Shown: positions 38,357 to 52,027, numbered from the stretch's first letter. The stretch: 64,000 nucleotides of DNA from Octopus vulgaris (GCA_951406725.2 OX597821.1:34596001-34660000), one strand, 5' to 3'. Notes: generated by a model not told the origin, from the letters alone. Made by a program: numbers and translations.

Positions 38357-38752
38357 AGGAGTGGCTGTGTGGCAAGTAGCTTGTTTACCAACCACATGGT
38401 TCCGGGTTCAGTCCCACTGCGTGGCACCTTGGGCAAGTGTCTTCTTCTATAGCCTCGGGCCGACCTAAGCCTTGTGAGTGGATTTGGTAGACGGAAACTG
38501 AAAGAAGCCCATCGTATATATGTATATATATGTATGCGTGTGTGTGTTTGTTGTGTGTCTGTGTTTGTCCCCCTAGCATTGCTTGACAACCGATGCTGGT
38601 GTGTTTGTGTCTCCGTTACTTAGCGGTTTGGCAAAAGAGACCGATAGAATAAGTACTGGGCTTACAAAAGAATAAGTCCCGGGTTCAAGTTGTTCAATTA
38701 AAGGCGGTGCTCCAGCATGGCTACAGTCAAATGATTGAAGCAAGTAAAAGAG
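38357..38752 (+). mobile_element. SINE family A, full length
   Basis: Consensus; preceded by an older partial copy at 38180-38340. Confidence 0.92.
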
Positions 38753-39767
38753 TATACAATGTTTATGACACAGTGAAGCCTTCTTCATGAGTAATGAGGA
38801 ACACATGATGAAAGCTGGATGCCTTTTACCTCATTCAAAGCAGGCAATGTATCTTTTCTGTCTTTCATTGAAGCATTGCTGCAAAGCTATTCTCTGTAAA
38901 TAGGTGTCATGGGGAGGTTTGGCTCACTTGATTGCATTGTTGAAGACAGCAAGATTTCCATATGAATGAAGAGTGTTTTATGGCGTTGTGGTGTTGAACT
39001 TCAAATCGTGAGACGACAGCACTGCAGGGCTGGTGCAGGAAGAAAGGGTTGCAGCCCTGGGTCAAGGATGAACTTTTCTCTGTCGCTTTCTTCATTTGCA
39101 TCACTGAATGAAAATGATGGTTATGTGGATGTCATGGAGAATTCAGATAGGCAGCAATAAAGTCAATATAAATGTAGGTCGATGGTGATGTTGGTAGTTG
39201 GTAGTGATTCAGAGTTGATATTGTTTGCTCTGATGAGAAATTTTGTATGTTGTGAAGTTTGTGTCTAGAATTAGCTGCTTCAGCAGTCACAACTTCTTGC
39301 TGCCCTATATCAATTATGGTTCAATCTCTTCAAGTATTGGAACAACATTTAATGTCATTGATAAATTATTTCTTTTATCTTTTATATCCTTCTACTGGAA
39401 CCACCCTATATTTTACAGGGCATTACTGTTTTGTGCACGTGTGTGTGTGTGTGTACTTGATAAAAATCATTGTTTTTATTCACATTAAAATACAGTAGAA
39501 ATGTTGACTTTTGGTAAAGGAAAGACAAATTGTACTTTATAGAATTATAGAATCAAGCACAATACCTCTCATATCCAAGGATTCTGAAATTAGAACCATC
39601 ATCATCATCATTGACATCATTATCATTGTCATCATCATCAATCTCCTGACACTACTCTCTCAATTCCTAGGACTCATATTGTCAATTACCCAGTCTCCAT
39701 GGTGTATTAGTGACTGGGATCACAGCATTCCTTCTGAATAGGATGCTAGTCATTTGCAGAACCTCAT

Positions 39768-40116
39768 ACTCTTTTACTTGTTTCAGTCATCTGATTGTGG
39801 CCATGCTGAAGCACTGCGTTTAGTCGAGCAAATCGAGCGCAGGACTTATTCGTTGTAAGCCTAAGTTACGGAGATGTAAACACACCAGCATCGGCTGTGA
39901 AGCGATGTTGGCGGCACAAACACAGACACACAAACATATACACACGCATACATATATACAACGGGCTTTTTTTCAGTTTCCGTCTACAAAATCTGCTCAC
40001 AAGGCTTTGGTCGGCCCGAGAATACAGCAGAAGACACTTGCCCAAGCTGCCACGCAGTGGGACTGAACCGGAACCATGCGGTTCATAAGCAAGCTATTAA
40101 CCACAGAGCCACTCCG
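39768..40116 (-). mobile_element. SINE family A with an internal deletion
   Basis: Family A consensus on the minus strand. Confidence 0.9.
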
Positions 40117-40431
40117 TTTATGATATCCACTCTCCTCTTTTAATTCTATTTAGAAATCAACAAGCAAGTCTCAACATAGTTGGTTAACCTATGAAAAAAA
40201 AAACAAAAAAAAAAAAAGCCATTCCATACTCAAATCAAACCCAGCCACCTTCACTAACAAAAGGATGCATTGGATAACGTAGCATTAGATATGCCTAAGA
40301 AGACAAGAGGGTCATGACTGGCTAGAATATTTTTTACCCTAGGCCAACTTGATGGGCACTGACCTGGACCAAACAGCAACAGCACCAACAGATTTCACGC
40401 TGTTGTTCGTTCTCCTATTTTTTTTTCTCTC

Positions 40432-40653
40432 TCTTTACTCTTTTACTTGTTTCAGTCATTTGACTGCGGCCATGCTGGAGCACCGCCTTTAATCGAGGAA
40501 CTCGACCCCCGGACTTATTCTTTGGTAGCCTAGTACTTATTCTATCGGCCTCTTTTGCCGAACCGCTAAGTTACGGGGACGTGAACACACCAGCATCGGT
40601 TGTCAAGCGATGTTGGAGGGACAAACACAGACACACAAACATATACACACACA

Positions 40654-40702
<49 letters not shown>

Positions 40703-40865
40703 GATGGGCTTCTTTCAGTTTCCGTCTACCAAATCCACTCACAAGGCTTTGGTCAGCCCGAGGCTATAGTAGAAGACACTTACCCAAGGTGCCACACAGT
40801 GGGACTGAACCCAGAACCATGTAGTTGGTAATCAAGCTACTTACCACACAGCCACTCCCGTGCCT
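40432..40865 (-). mobile_element. SINE family A, full length
   Basis: Family A consensus on the minus strand. Confidence 0.92.
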
Positions 40866-41738
40866 ATCTGTGTCTGTTGACTATAGATCTAAGTTGGATT
40901 ATCACTGTCCAAATGACCATGGGCTGATACTTGTATGTGTGATTCGGCTTGGTTTTTTTGATTGGATACCTTTCCTATTGCCAACCACTTTGGCACACTG
41001 TGTGTGTAGTGTATGTATGTGTGTGTGTGCATTTTGTGCTACCAGGATTAGAGAGATAGTCTGGCTCACCAATCACCTGTAGAGGGGGTTCTGCTGTGAC
41101 AACAGCTTGGGATTGGTGTGACTAGTACTCAGTGAACATAGAAGGTACACAGTACACTGTCTGTAGACCTGGGAGCGGAATGGGAGAAAAAGTGATTGTA
41201 GTGGAAAATTTCTGGAATGAGTGTCAAGGTGACTGAAGTGAGAAATAGGAGAGAGGGTCATGACATAACAGAAGAACCATGACTGATATCAGAGGTCATC
41301 ATGACATTTATCTCCATGACCAGCCATGATGATGAGGTATCTATCAATCATTGTTGAAATAGTTTGCACATGCACACACACACACACACACACACAGAGT
41401 TAAGAAGATTGTTTCCAGATTCTGTGGCACTGGATTTGAACTCTGCCATACACTTTGGACAATGTCTTCTGTAGTCTCATGTTAGCTAATACTTTGTGAA
41501 TGGAGTTTAGAAGGCAGAAATTTCTGTTGTTCCATAACGTAGTAGCTAAAAAGTAGAGAACGATAAAATAAGTGCTGGGGAATGTATGATTAGTTAAATT
41601 ATAACCCCTAAAGATCGTACTCAAACACTGCCTCAGTTCAGTGACTAAAATCCAGTAAAAGAGTATGTATGTCTTTGTGTGTGTGTGAATGTATATATTT
41701 GTATGTATGTATGTATGTATATATGACATATATATATG

Positions 41739-41785
<47 letters not shown>

Positions 41786-41792
41786 GTATATA

Positions 41793-42165
41793 TAAAATAC
41801 CAAACATTATTATCAGGTTAGAAAACAGAGAAATCTGATGGATACTAATTAATTTATTAATTAATCAGCATATTCACCTACAGTTGTTTCGTTTCATAAA
41901 ATTAAAATTACAAAACAGAATGTATAGACATGTCTTTACATTCTGAGGATCCCAAACGTATCCTAATGTAATCCTTGTTATCCTTTGTATACCCTGATGA
42001 TTTTCCGTTCAAGGTATTTAAAATGCAAAATTACATATTTAAATATATTTTGTAATTTGAATATTGTTTGTGAAATGAAACAAGTGTAATTAATTAATTA
42101 ATAAATCACTTTGTATATGATAGATCTCTCTGGTTTCTAACTTGATAATAATGTTTGATATTTTA
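41793..42165. mobile_element. Penelope-like inverted terminal structure with hammerhead-like motif (41991-42091, + strand)
   Basis: ~120-bp imperfect inverted arms; ACC-CTGATGA-TTTTC...GAAAT-GAAAC-AAGT-GTA then AATAAA. Confidence 0.6.
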
Positions 42166-42405
42166 CAATATTTTATGTAATATAAGTCATTGAAGAAATA
42201 TCCCTTCAAAATATAATATATTAAACCAGTGTGTTGTGGATTAATATACCTATAAGAGGTTTAAATATCCTCATTGTGACTGTCCACGTCCTCGCGTTGT
42301 TGTGTTTTTTTGTGCTTTCTTGTTTGGATTAACTATATATATATATATATATATAAAATATACAATATCTGTGCACCACTTCAAACATTATATATATATA
42401 TGTGT

Positions 42406-42708
42406 GTGGAGGCACAATGGCCCAGTGGTTAGGGCAGTGGACTCGTGGTCGTAGGATTGCGGTTTTAATTCCCAGACCAGGCATTGTGAGTGTTTATTGA
42501 GTGAAAACACCTAAAGCTCCACAAGGCTCCAGTAGGGGGTGGTGGCGACCCCTGCTGTACTCTTTCGCCACAACTTTCTTTCACTCTTTCTTCTGTTAGC
42601 CTGCTCGCTTAACCGGCGGGGTGGCGTCATTTGAAGGCTAAAACAATGCAAAGTGCATTGTGACTAGCGATGTGTAGCAACAACTGATAGCCTGATCGGT
42701 GACGGTGA
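42406..42708 (+). mobile_element. SINE family J with tail type 3
   Basis: Head matches the 22079 copy; tail matches the 5388 copy; inserted in (TA)n. Confidence 0.88.
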
Positions 42709-42761
42709 TATATATATATATGTAAAATGTTTGAAGTGGTGCACAGATATTGTATATTAAG

Positions 42762-42915
42762 AAAAAGGAGGAATTTTAGATAATCCTTTATTAGCGCTTT
42801 CATTTGTTTACAAACTCGTCAAGGCAAAATCAAAATGAATTTTAAATTTGTCTTGTTTGTAAACAAATAAAAGCAATAATAAAGGATTATCCAAAATTCT
42901 GACTGCCTCCTTTTT
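42762..42915. repeat. Inverted repeat with a minimal hammerhead-like motif on the minus strand
   Basis: ~54-bp arms; minus strand TTGACGA-GTTTG(TAAA)CAAAT-GAAAG-CG-CTA-ATAAA. Confidence 0.6.
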
Positions 42916-44029
42916 ACTCAATACACACACACACATGCATATATTTATTTTGCATGCATACAATACAAACCTATTTGTTTATAATTAGTTTAATGACGTT
43001 TGGTGATGGAGATATGTTTGTTGTTTTGATTTTAGATAGTAATTTTTATGAACAGTAGCATTGTTTCTTATAGATTTCCAACATTCGGCCAAAACATTGG
43101 TTCACTGCATTTTCGATTGTGAGATAGACAAGTGAATGTTTTTAATTTTGTATACATCATTCAAAGAGCACCATTGTTTTTTGTTGGTGTGTGTGTGTGT
43201 GTGTGTGTGTGTGAGAAAGTCAATGTTTACATCCTTTCCTGGTATATGATGGAGGATGTAAAAATGCACATACAGACTTTTATAGAAGTGTGTGTGTGAG
43301 TTAATATTTTATTTCCTTGCTGGCATGGGTTGGGCGAATTGACACAATTCCATACAGTTCATGTTCAAAATTAAAGCCATCCCGATGAGTTGGAGGACCA
43401 CGTCATTGTTCTTGTGCATTCCATTTAAGGTATACATGGTTTCTATTGCTGGATGGTCTATCAAATAACGCCCATAGATTTATTAATCAATTTGTGACTA
43501 TTAGAGAAGACATCAGCTCAAGTTCTGTGTCGAGAAATTGAATCCTGAAACTCCTGGTTTACAGTTCCCGAAGTGACCTTCTTGACCAAACTGCTGTACT
43601 TGTGCTGAGATTGGGCTTCACTCAGCAGATCTCTGAATAAATGCATTCCATCCTTGACCATCCCACCTTTCCTTAGAGAAGGACTGACTGCCATATCCAA
43701 TGTGTTCTTCCTGCCTGTAGTGATAGTAGTGATGGTGATGAAAATATCCAGCAGCGACTTCCTTCAAGTTGGTACTTGAGATTTATTGTGTGTGTGTGTG
43801 TGTGCGTGTGCGTGCGCGCGCGCGTGTGGCATCTAATTGTCCTTTGGGTTGGTGGTGGGGACAATTGTTATTGTTTCTGAACTTGGCCCAACTATCTATG
43901 TTGATAACAGAAGTAGACTTGCTTATGAAGTTAAAAAACTGATTGTTACAACACACTATTGTTATTGTTATTGCCATCTTCATAACTATCAGCAGCATCA
44001 CTACTCCTTGATGCTTATTACTACCATCA

Positions 44030-44795
44030 TCTCTGACGTCACCACCACCACCACCTTCATCATCATCACCACCACTACCACCACCATCATCACCACCACT
44101 ACCACTACCACCTATTTCTTTATTGCCCACAAGGGGCTAAACATAGAGGGGACAAACAAGGACAGACAATGGGATTAAATCGATTACAATGACTCCAGTG
44201 CGTAACTGGTACTTAATTTATCGACCCCGAAAGGATGATAGGCAAAGTCGACCTCGGCGGAATTTGAACTCAGAACGTAACAGCAGACGAAATATGGCTA
44301 CGCATTTTGCCCGGCACACTAACGTTTCTGCCAGCTCCCCGCCTTCACTACCACCATCACCATCATCACTACACCACCACTACCACCATCACCACCACCA
44401 TCATCATCATCATCATCATCACCACCACCGGTCACCACCTCCAGCACATCACCACCACCTCCAGCACATCACCACCACCACCATCATCACTACTATCAAC
44501 ATCCTCACTGTCATCACCACCATGGATATCATATAAGCAGAACCATTTGTGTGTTGTGCAAAAATACATTGTAATCAACTTTGTCTCTTCACATTTTAAG
44601 TTTGATTCCTGCTGTGCTCTCTTTTGTATTTTGCCCTTCTGGGGTTCCTAAAATAAATAACCAATTTTCTATACTTCTCTATCTGTGGCTTTGGGCCAGT
44701 CTGAGAAATCATCATCATCATCATCATCATTATCACCACCACCTCCAATACCACCACCACTATCATTATCACCATCATCATCATCATCATCATGA
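44030..44795. repeat. (CAC)n/(CAT)n composite microsatellite region
   Basis: Directly visible; source of the poly-His/Thr ORFs. Confidence 0.9.
44113..44345 (-). mobile_element. SINE family B, full length
   Basis: Consensus; TSD CACTACCACC. Confidence 0.92.
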
Positions 44796-45111
44796 TGGAT
44801 TGGCAAAATTGTTAGAGCTTTGCATCAAATATTTTGTAAAATTTGTTTTGGCTTTTTATATTCTCAGTTTAAATCTTGCCTGGGTCAACCTTTTTATCCT
44901 TTTGAAAGTTTCCCAAAATAAGAACTAGTCATCTACTGCGGTCAATATAATCAGCTGTTCCTTCCCCCAAACCTCTGTCCTTGCATCTATGCTAGAAACA
45001 GTTACTATCCCCCGACTAATTCTTTCAGGTTTGAAACTGGTGTCTTGTGCATAATTAAAACAAAGTCATTATATTTGCATCCATACATTTAATGCAGGGA
45101 GCATTATTGTA

Positions 45112-45466
45112 TCAAAATCGAAATCGATCAATATCAATGGAAATTTTAGCTGTGATACCAGTGCCGGTGGCACGTAAGCGAACCATCCGAACGTGGCCGT
45201 TGCCAGTGCCGGCCTCCGTGCCGGTGGCACGTAAAAAGCACCATCCGATCATGGCCGTTGCCAGCTTTGCCTGGCCCCTGTGCCGGTGGCACGTAAAAAG
45301 CACCCACTACACTCACAGAGTGGTTGGCGTTAGGAAGGGCATCCAGCCGTAGAAACATTGCCAGATCAGACTGGGCCTGGTGCAGCCTTCTGGCTTCGCA
45401 GACCCTGGTTGTCCAACCCATGCTAGCATGGAAAGCGGATGCTAAATGATGATGATGATGATGATG
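45112..45466 (+). mobile_element. Family C
   Basis: GTGCCGGTGGCACGTAA occurs three times, then palindrome and (GAT)n. Confidence 0.9.
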
Positions 45467-46139
45467 TACTAGAAGGCCCATTATGTAGGATCTTATTTCA
45501 GTTTCCTTGGTGACTGAGAATAAAAGGCACTTCCCCAGAATGAGTTGCCACAGGCTTAACCCTTAGGTATCGCTGATACTCATTTTCAGCTGAGTGAATT
45601 AAAGTGACATGAAATGAGGAGTCTTGCCCAAGGATACAATGTGTCATCTCGACTGGAAATTGAACCCATGACTTTTCTATGTGACTTTTGTCTTTGAATC
45701 ATTAATTCTCTAAGCTAAATTATACAGATGACCAGTGATCTGTTGTGTTTATTTTCAAGCTTGGTTAAACTCTATTTGATGAGCTTTCTATCTTTAATAA
45801 AAACTGGCAATAAACTCTTAAGTTTGTGTTGTAGCATTTTAGCTTAGCCTCGACATGGTTAGACACAGCCCAGTGTTTCTGCCTGATTGGTAAGAATCAG
45901 GTCTTATTTCTATCTATAGCTGGGTAGTTTATCTATACTTGGATTTGAGACATTGAAATTTAACTTCAGTGATTTCCCAACTCAGTATTTGAAGCCACTT
46001 AACACTTTAGCTCAGAGCAGTTGATGGCAGAATCTTAGATGTCAGACACAAATGTCTTTTGCTGTTTATTCAAGCTTTTTACATTCCCCTCTCACTAAAA
46101 TAAAGTGCCAATATTTGTCATATACTGGGCTTGATTTAA

Positions 46140-46578
46140 CACTTTAAATACAAATCTGCTTGTGACTGCCGCTTGTTCTGTGTTATAAACTTCTTGTTTT
46201 AACCCTTTTGTGTTCAGATTATTCAATCAAACATAATGCTTATTGATTCACATTGATTTGAATTAATCATGCATTATCTCATATCTTCAAGATCTTGATG
46301 GTGTAATTACTTAATGTAGAATAACATTGTAGGGTAGGTGTGAGAGCCTGGATCTGGTCAGTTTGAACATAAAACAGATTAACTATTTTGGCCGGATATG
46401 GCCGGTTTAAATACTAAAGAGTTAAAGTGCTCTAAATTAAAACGTTATCAAAATTATATTGTTAATTTCTTCCAGACACCATCTTAATAATGACAATGTT
46501 ATTCTGATAAGTTCATCATTATTTTAAACGCTGTTTAAAACAGAGGCATTGTATGTCTTCAGAAATATAACAAAAGGG
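46140..46578. mobile_element. MITE F (degenerate) with MITE E (46203-46421, reversed) nested at a TTAA
   Basis: TTAA at 46199 and 46422 flank E; the flanks align to F. Confidence 0.75.
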
Positions 46579-47341
46579 TTGACTGTTGGAGCTAGAGTTC
46601 TGAAGGAAATCAGAAGTTGTTTTGGTGCCAAGCTGCATTGGAACATGTCCTTCCCTTCAGCGACATCAGCAGTATCGAGACTGAAGAATATTCGGTTACA
46701 TACCTACAAAGCACCTCAGCTCACCCATCATTTTTGTTTTGAAATCCGGTGTCTAGTATTTAATTAATTAAACTTTTTTCTTTTAATTATCTGAAGTTTC
46801 TGCCATATTTAACTATGTATGGTACTTAGTTGATTAATCTTGGGTCAGTGGCAAAGTTTGAAATATTGATTAAACGTTGGTAAAATTTCAAACTCCACGA
46901 CTGTAAACTATTGAAGCCTGAAGATCAATCAGCCATTACCATATCATTCTTTCTTCTATTTTATTTCTTTTTCTTTTAGTTTAATTAAGCCTTTTATTAC
47001 TGTATTTCTAATAAGTAGACTTAAGTGTTTCACTTAGTTTCGTTTGAAATCAAGATTTCAGAAGATTTTTAATAAAATATAACTTTGTACACTAGTGGTG
47101 TTGTTTTTGTTGTTTAACCCTAGGTAGTCCTCATAGAGCAGATACAATGATCAGATGTTCAAGCCTTACCTAACCTATTTATTTTACTCTCTCAGAGATA
47201 CTGTATCTGTGACTATATTATCCAATGCATTCTTCCTGTTTAGAGACAGTAGGGTGCCAGTTGAAGGATATTTTGCAGCTATTTCTAGCAATCTGAGCAT
47301 CTGTATAGAGGCTCTTTAACTGTCTCATTTATATAATTTAC

Positions 47342-47665
47342 TTTTTATCCTTTACTTGTTTCAGTCATTGGGCTGCATCCATGCTGGGGCACGACCTTGA
47401 AGAATATATAGTTGAACAGGTCAATCCCAATATATTTTCTTTTAGTAAGTCTGGTACTTATTCTGTTGGGCTCTTGCTGGACTGTCAAGTTTGGGGGATG
47501 TAAACAAACCAATACTGGTTATCATGTAGTAGTGGATACACACACCTATATTTGTATGACAGGCATCTGCAGTTTCCATCTGCCAAATTCACTTACATGG
47601 TATTGATCAATCTGGAGCTATAGAAGACACTTGCCCAAGGTGTCATGCAGTGAGACTGAACCCAA
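47342..47665 (-). mobile_element. SINE family A, degenerate (a partial + copy follows at 47835-47946)
   Basis: Tail TTACTTGTTTCAGTCATT and GACACTTGCCCAAGG segments. Confidence 0.78.
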
Positions 47666-49627
47666 ATAAACAACACATGCTCTATATATTCCGTCATCAC
47701 TCATTTATTATTGTTCTTATTTTATTTTATGTCCATTCTCTGGAGTCTTTTGTCACACATCTGTGACCTCTTCAGTGACCCTTTCCATTTATGTGTATCT
47801 TTTTGCTCTGCCTAGTCCATCATGGGTGAATGTATAGTGTGCAGTTCCACTGTGTGGAACCTTTGGCATGTGTCTTCTACTATAGCCTCGGGCCTACCAA
47901 AGCCTTATGAGTGGATTTGGTAGATGGAAACTGAAAGAAGCCTGTCATTTAACTGATGGAATTTGACTACGCCTTCCAGAGAGGCAAGTGACCACATAAA
48001 AGCAGTTTTCTTTGATGGTTTGACTAAAATAATAATTCATTCTTAATCATTGTTGTCAAGTTGGTCAGCACTGGTACGCACTTGCTTCTGATATGTAATG
48101 TATGAAAAAAGAGTGGGCTGGAAGGAATGTTAAAGGTTATTTATCTTGATGCAGTCATTCCTTGATGGATGATTAATGATACGCAATAGAAACATCTGAA
48201 TTATTAGTTGATAATGATGCACCTGTTTTAGCTATTCTTAAAACACTACCAAAAATCAATATTTCCTACTATTTTCTGTTTTTGGAAGACTTGACAAGTT
48301 TTATTAATAATTTCAGTTTACAGTTGACTTAACTGATATAATTCAATAACTTCTGTAATCAATGAACAAAACTGAAGTCTTTCTAATTAAAGTTTCAGTC
48401 CTACTGCAGTTTCTATATTCAGAAAGTAAGAGATGTAGTATATTGTCTTAATAGTGAAATATTTGGATGTGTAGGTATGTTGTATCTTGTTTTTCTCACC
48501 CCTGCCTTACTTTCTCTCTTGTTTGGCAAGCATTCTCCTTTGCTGTTATGTTCTTTCATTGAAGACCTTATACAATGTTTAGTTTCTTTTTTTTTTTTTC
48601 TTTTCTTTTCTGGCTTTTTCTGATTAAAAGTGTGCAAAATGAATTATTGAGTTCATAAAGACTTGGAAATTTCAAAATGATTTTGGCACCCTATTCTGTA
48701 AAGGTTATAAATTGGCATAGAATTTTAATGTTAAAAATACTCTAAATTTAGTCGGTCATCACAATGAAGCAATGAATTGTATACCACCACCTTTCGAAGA
48801 CGTTCTTTCATGTAAATTCTAATTGCTATTATGTACACACATACACAATTTGAAAGGAACCTTCATTTCCCTCTAACCAATATTTTCAACTACTTCTGTG
48901 GGAGAGAGAGAAACAGAAAAAAAAAAAGAAGCTCTATTCAAGTAATTGGCAGATATTCAGTCACTAACCTATCATTGATTTACATACTTGCACTTGTGGT
49001 TTCTTTTATTTATTAGTGCAGTGGTGTTTTTCACTTTCTCAGTTTTTTTTATACAGATATTTTTCTTCTTCTCTAGAATAATTTCAAATCGATGCTCAAT
49101 AAAAGAATTTGGCAAGATAACAAATTTCATGTAGACTCTTACTTCCTGTTTCTAAGAGTTTAATTATTTAAGTTTGACTACAAGAAATTACCAAAGCAAG
49201 TATTCTAGCTCTTGAGTGAAAAACCAAATGTTGAACTGGTTGTGGTGATGGTGGTCATGGTTTCGGGAGAGTGTGTTTTATACTGTCTCCCCCTAAAAAA
49301 AGGTTTAATAAAATTTCCATCAAGCATAGCTTTATAGATAATAAGTTCACCTCTCAATCATATAGTTTCGGGTTCTGTCCCTCTGCACAGCACTTAAGAC
49401 ACATATCTTCCTTTTCTGGCCACAGGGTACTTGGCAGTCTGACCAGCACTAGCAGCAAGAAAAAACCACTTGATATACACTGCAAGGTGGTTGGCATTAG
49501 GAAGAGCATACTGCTGGAGAAACCAAAGCTGACATGTAGCAAAATGCAGCCCACTGGATCCTGTCCAACTGTCCGACTTATATTATCATGTAAAATGTAC
49601 ATTAAATGATGATTATGAGGATTATGA

Positions 49628-49870
49628 TCATCATCATCATCATTTAACGTCCGTTCTCCATGCTGGCATGGGTTGGACGGTTCGACCGGGGATTTGGGAA
49701 GCCAGAAGGTTGCACTAGGCTCCAGTCTTGATCTGGCAGAGTTTCTACAGCTGGATGCCCTTCCTAATGCCAACCACTCCGTGAGTGTAGTGGGCGCTTT
49801 TTACGTGCCACCGGCACAGGTGCCAGGCGAGGCTAGCAACAGCCATGATTGGATTGGTGCTTTTTACGTG
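49628..49870 (-). mobile_element. Family C
   Basis: (CAT)n tail and consensus 3' segment. Confidence 0.88.
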
Positions 49871-51963
49871 ATGATGACGGTATTAATCAATGCCTTGTGA
49901 GTGACATCTAGTGAATGGAATTTATACAAAAGCTTGTTTTTGTGTGTATTTTGTTTTACTGGTGTAAACTTTTACCAAGTTGCTCCCCATTATGTTGCAA
50001 ATCTATTTGATAAATATTGTTGAAATAAATACAATATGTATAAATTTCACAATGATGGTGCCCTAATGGTGCCCTAACATAGCTGTAATCCTGTAACTGA
50101 ATGAAATAAAATAAATGAATAAATATTATAATTACTATATATTTCTGTTGCCCCCATTTCTCTTTCTCTCTCTCTCCCCCATCGAAGGATGTTTCAGTTT
50201 GTTGCTGACCTATGTTAAGTCAAACTGAAGAATACAATATTTTTAATGACTTGGACAAGGGTAAAAGGTAATGACCACGAACCTTTTTCATTATCTCTGA
50301 GGTTAGTGAGAGCAAGAGAGGCAGTTATCCTCACATTGGGGTTTCTTTGTTTAAAACAGAGATCATACTGGGCTAAAGGCACACAATTAGCCGGTGGTGT
50401 TGTTAACCCAGGCCATGGTTTAAGACAACTACCCAAGAACAAAGACAATCTCTCTCTTTCTGGCCAGTTTCCACCTTGCTTCTGTTTACCAGCATTCACT
50501 TGGGGTCTAGATTGACCAGGGAACTGCATGCTGGAACTGAACCAAAAATTACTATGGCAAACTTGAACTCACTATTGCAAAGCAAACATCTTAATTCCCA
50601 ACCATTCTGGGAGTGAAATAAGGAATCATTGTAATCTAGCTTGATCATAGCTCAATGTTGGACGGGAGGATTTTGGCCAAAGTTCTAGGCTTTTAAAGTT
50701 AGATTGGCTGGAATATAGATCTAAGGCATTCTAGTAGTGGCCATATCATCTTATTTTAAGACTTTCTATTATGTTGTCCTAGATATACTGTGTCCATTCT
50801 TTTTCTTAAGACCATATGATTTGAAGAAGTTTTGGCTGCTATTTCGTGCAGGCTGAGCAACAGGACTCCCAAGTAACCCACTTAGATATGCACTCTTGTA
50901 ATCAAACTAGAAGAAAGGGAAGACCTAGACAATAAAGCAATTAGTTATTAGTTGAATTGTTCTGACTGGGATTATGTAATATTATCTGGTCACTAGTTGG
51001 GATTGAACTGTGGCCTCTTTGGTTCACTCATCTAGTGCCTTATGCTCTGCAGTTGTTGATTAGTCAAAAATATGTGTGGTATGTCATAGTAATAGTAGCT
51101 GGAGCTTTATCAGTAGTAGTAGTAGCTTCCTTATCTACTTTATTTGAAATTAGTACTGTGTATGTATGTATGTATGTATATATTTATTTATGAGTTTGCT
51201 TGTGTCTTCCTCTCTTTCTATCTGTATGTTCGACCTTTTCATTAGATAATTGATATATCTCTTCTCATGCATGTAGAATTAACCACACAAGCATATTGTC
51301 TGGTTTGCAACACATTGCAGCACCTAAGTAATGTTACATTTCTATTTGATTTTTTTTTGATTTTTTATCTATAATTTTTTTTTTTTTTTGGCAGTTAGCT
51401 TCTGCTAGAATTATCATGATTTATGTTTCTGCTTTTGTAATTTGTCCTTGTAATGTCCCCTCATCCATTGCTTCTCTGGCAGCTAAAAGAAGCCATTATT
51501 ATTATTATTTACATTTCTTTACATGATTCTACTCTCCATTCATCAGTCATGTTAGTAATTAAATGAAATACTTTCCATCTGTTACGGCTGAGTACACACC
51601 ATAACAACACACCTTAGATTTTTTATCTGACCAGCACTGTATCATTGTCTCACTCCGCATGTGGTTGTGTGTCTGAGCCAGCTGAAGTATTTGGTGAGAT
51701 GGTTGTTTTGTTTCCATTTGTTTAACAGAGTTTGTTTTTTTACAGTTTAGCTTCTACTTCAGTTGCAAAATTTCTTGCCTGTCATGTTTAGTCTCATTCT
51801 GTTAACCTTTTGTTTGTTTGTTTGAGGACCAAAATTGATTTGGTTTGGTTTAACTACTGTTATTAATAATGTAAAAGGTTTCTGTCTTCTAAATGATCTG
51901 AAGCAGTGGCAATATACATACATATATTCATTGTTTAAACCTCGCCAAGATAAATATTTAAAC

Positions 51964-52027
51964 CACCCGATGAATGACTGTAACTCGAAAATTTAAAGAA
52001 ATTAACAGCCATGAAACGATTGTAGTG
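51964..52027 (+). ncRNA. Minimal type I hammerhead-like motif (one core substitution)
   Basis: CAC-CCGATGA-ATGACTGT...ACAGCCAT-GAAAC-GATT-GTA-GTG; stems I, II and III all pair. Confidence 0.6.

Noticed and set aside
43783-44928. His/Thr/Gly-rich protein genes
   Set aside because: Translations of (CAC)n/(CAT)n tracts interrupted by a SINE
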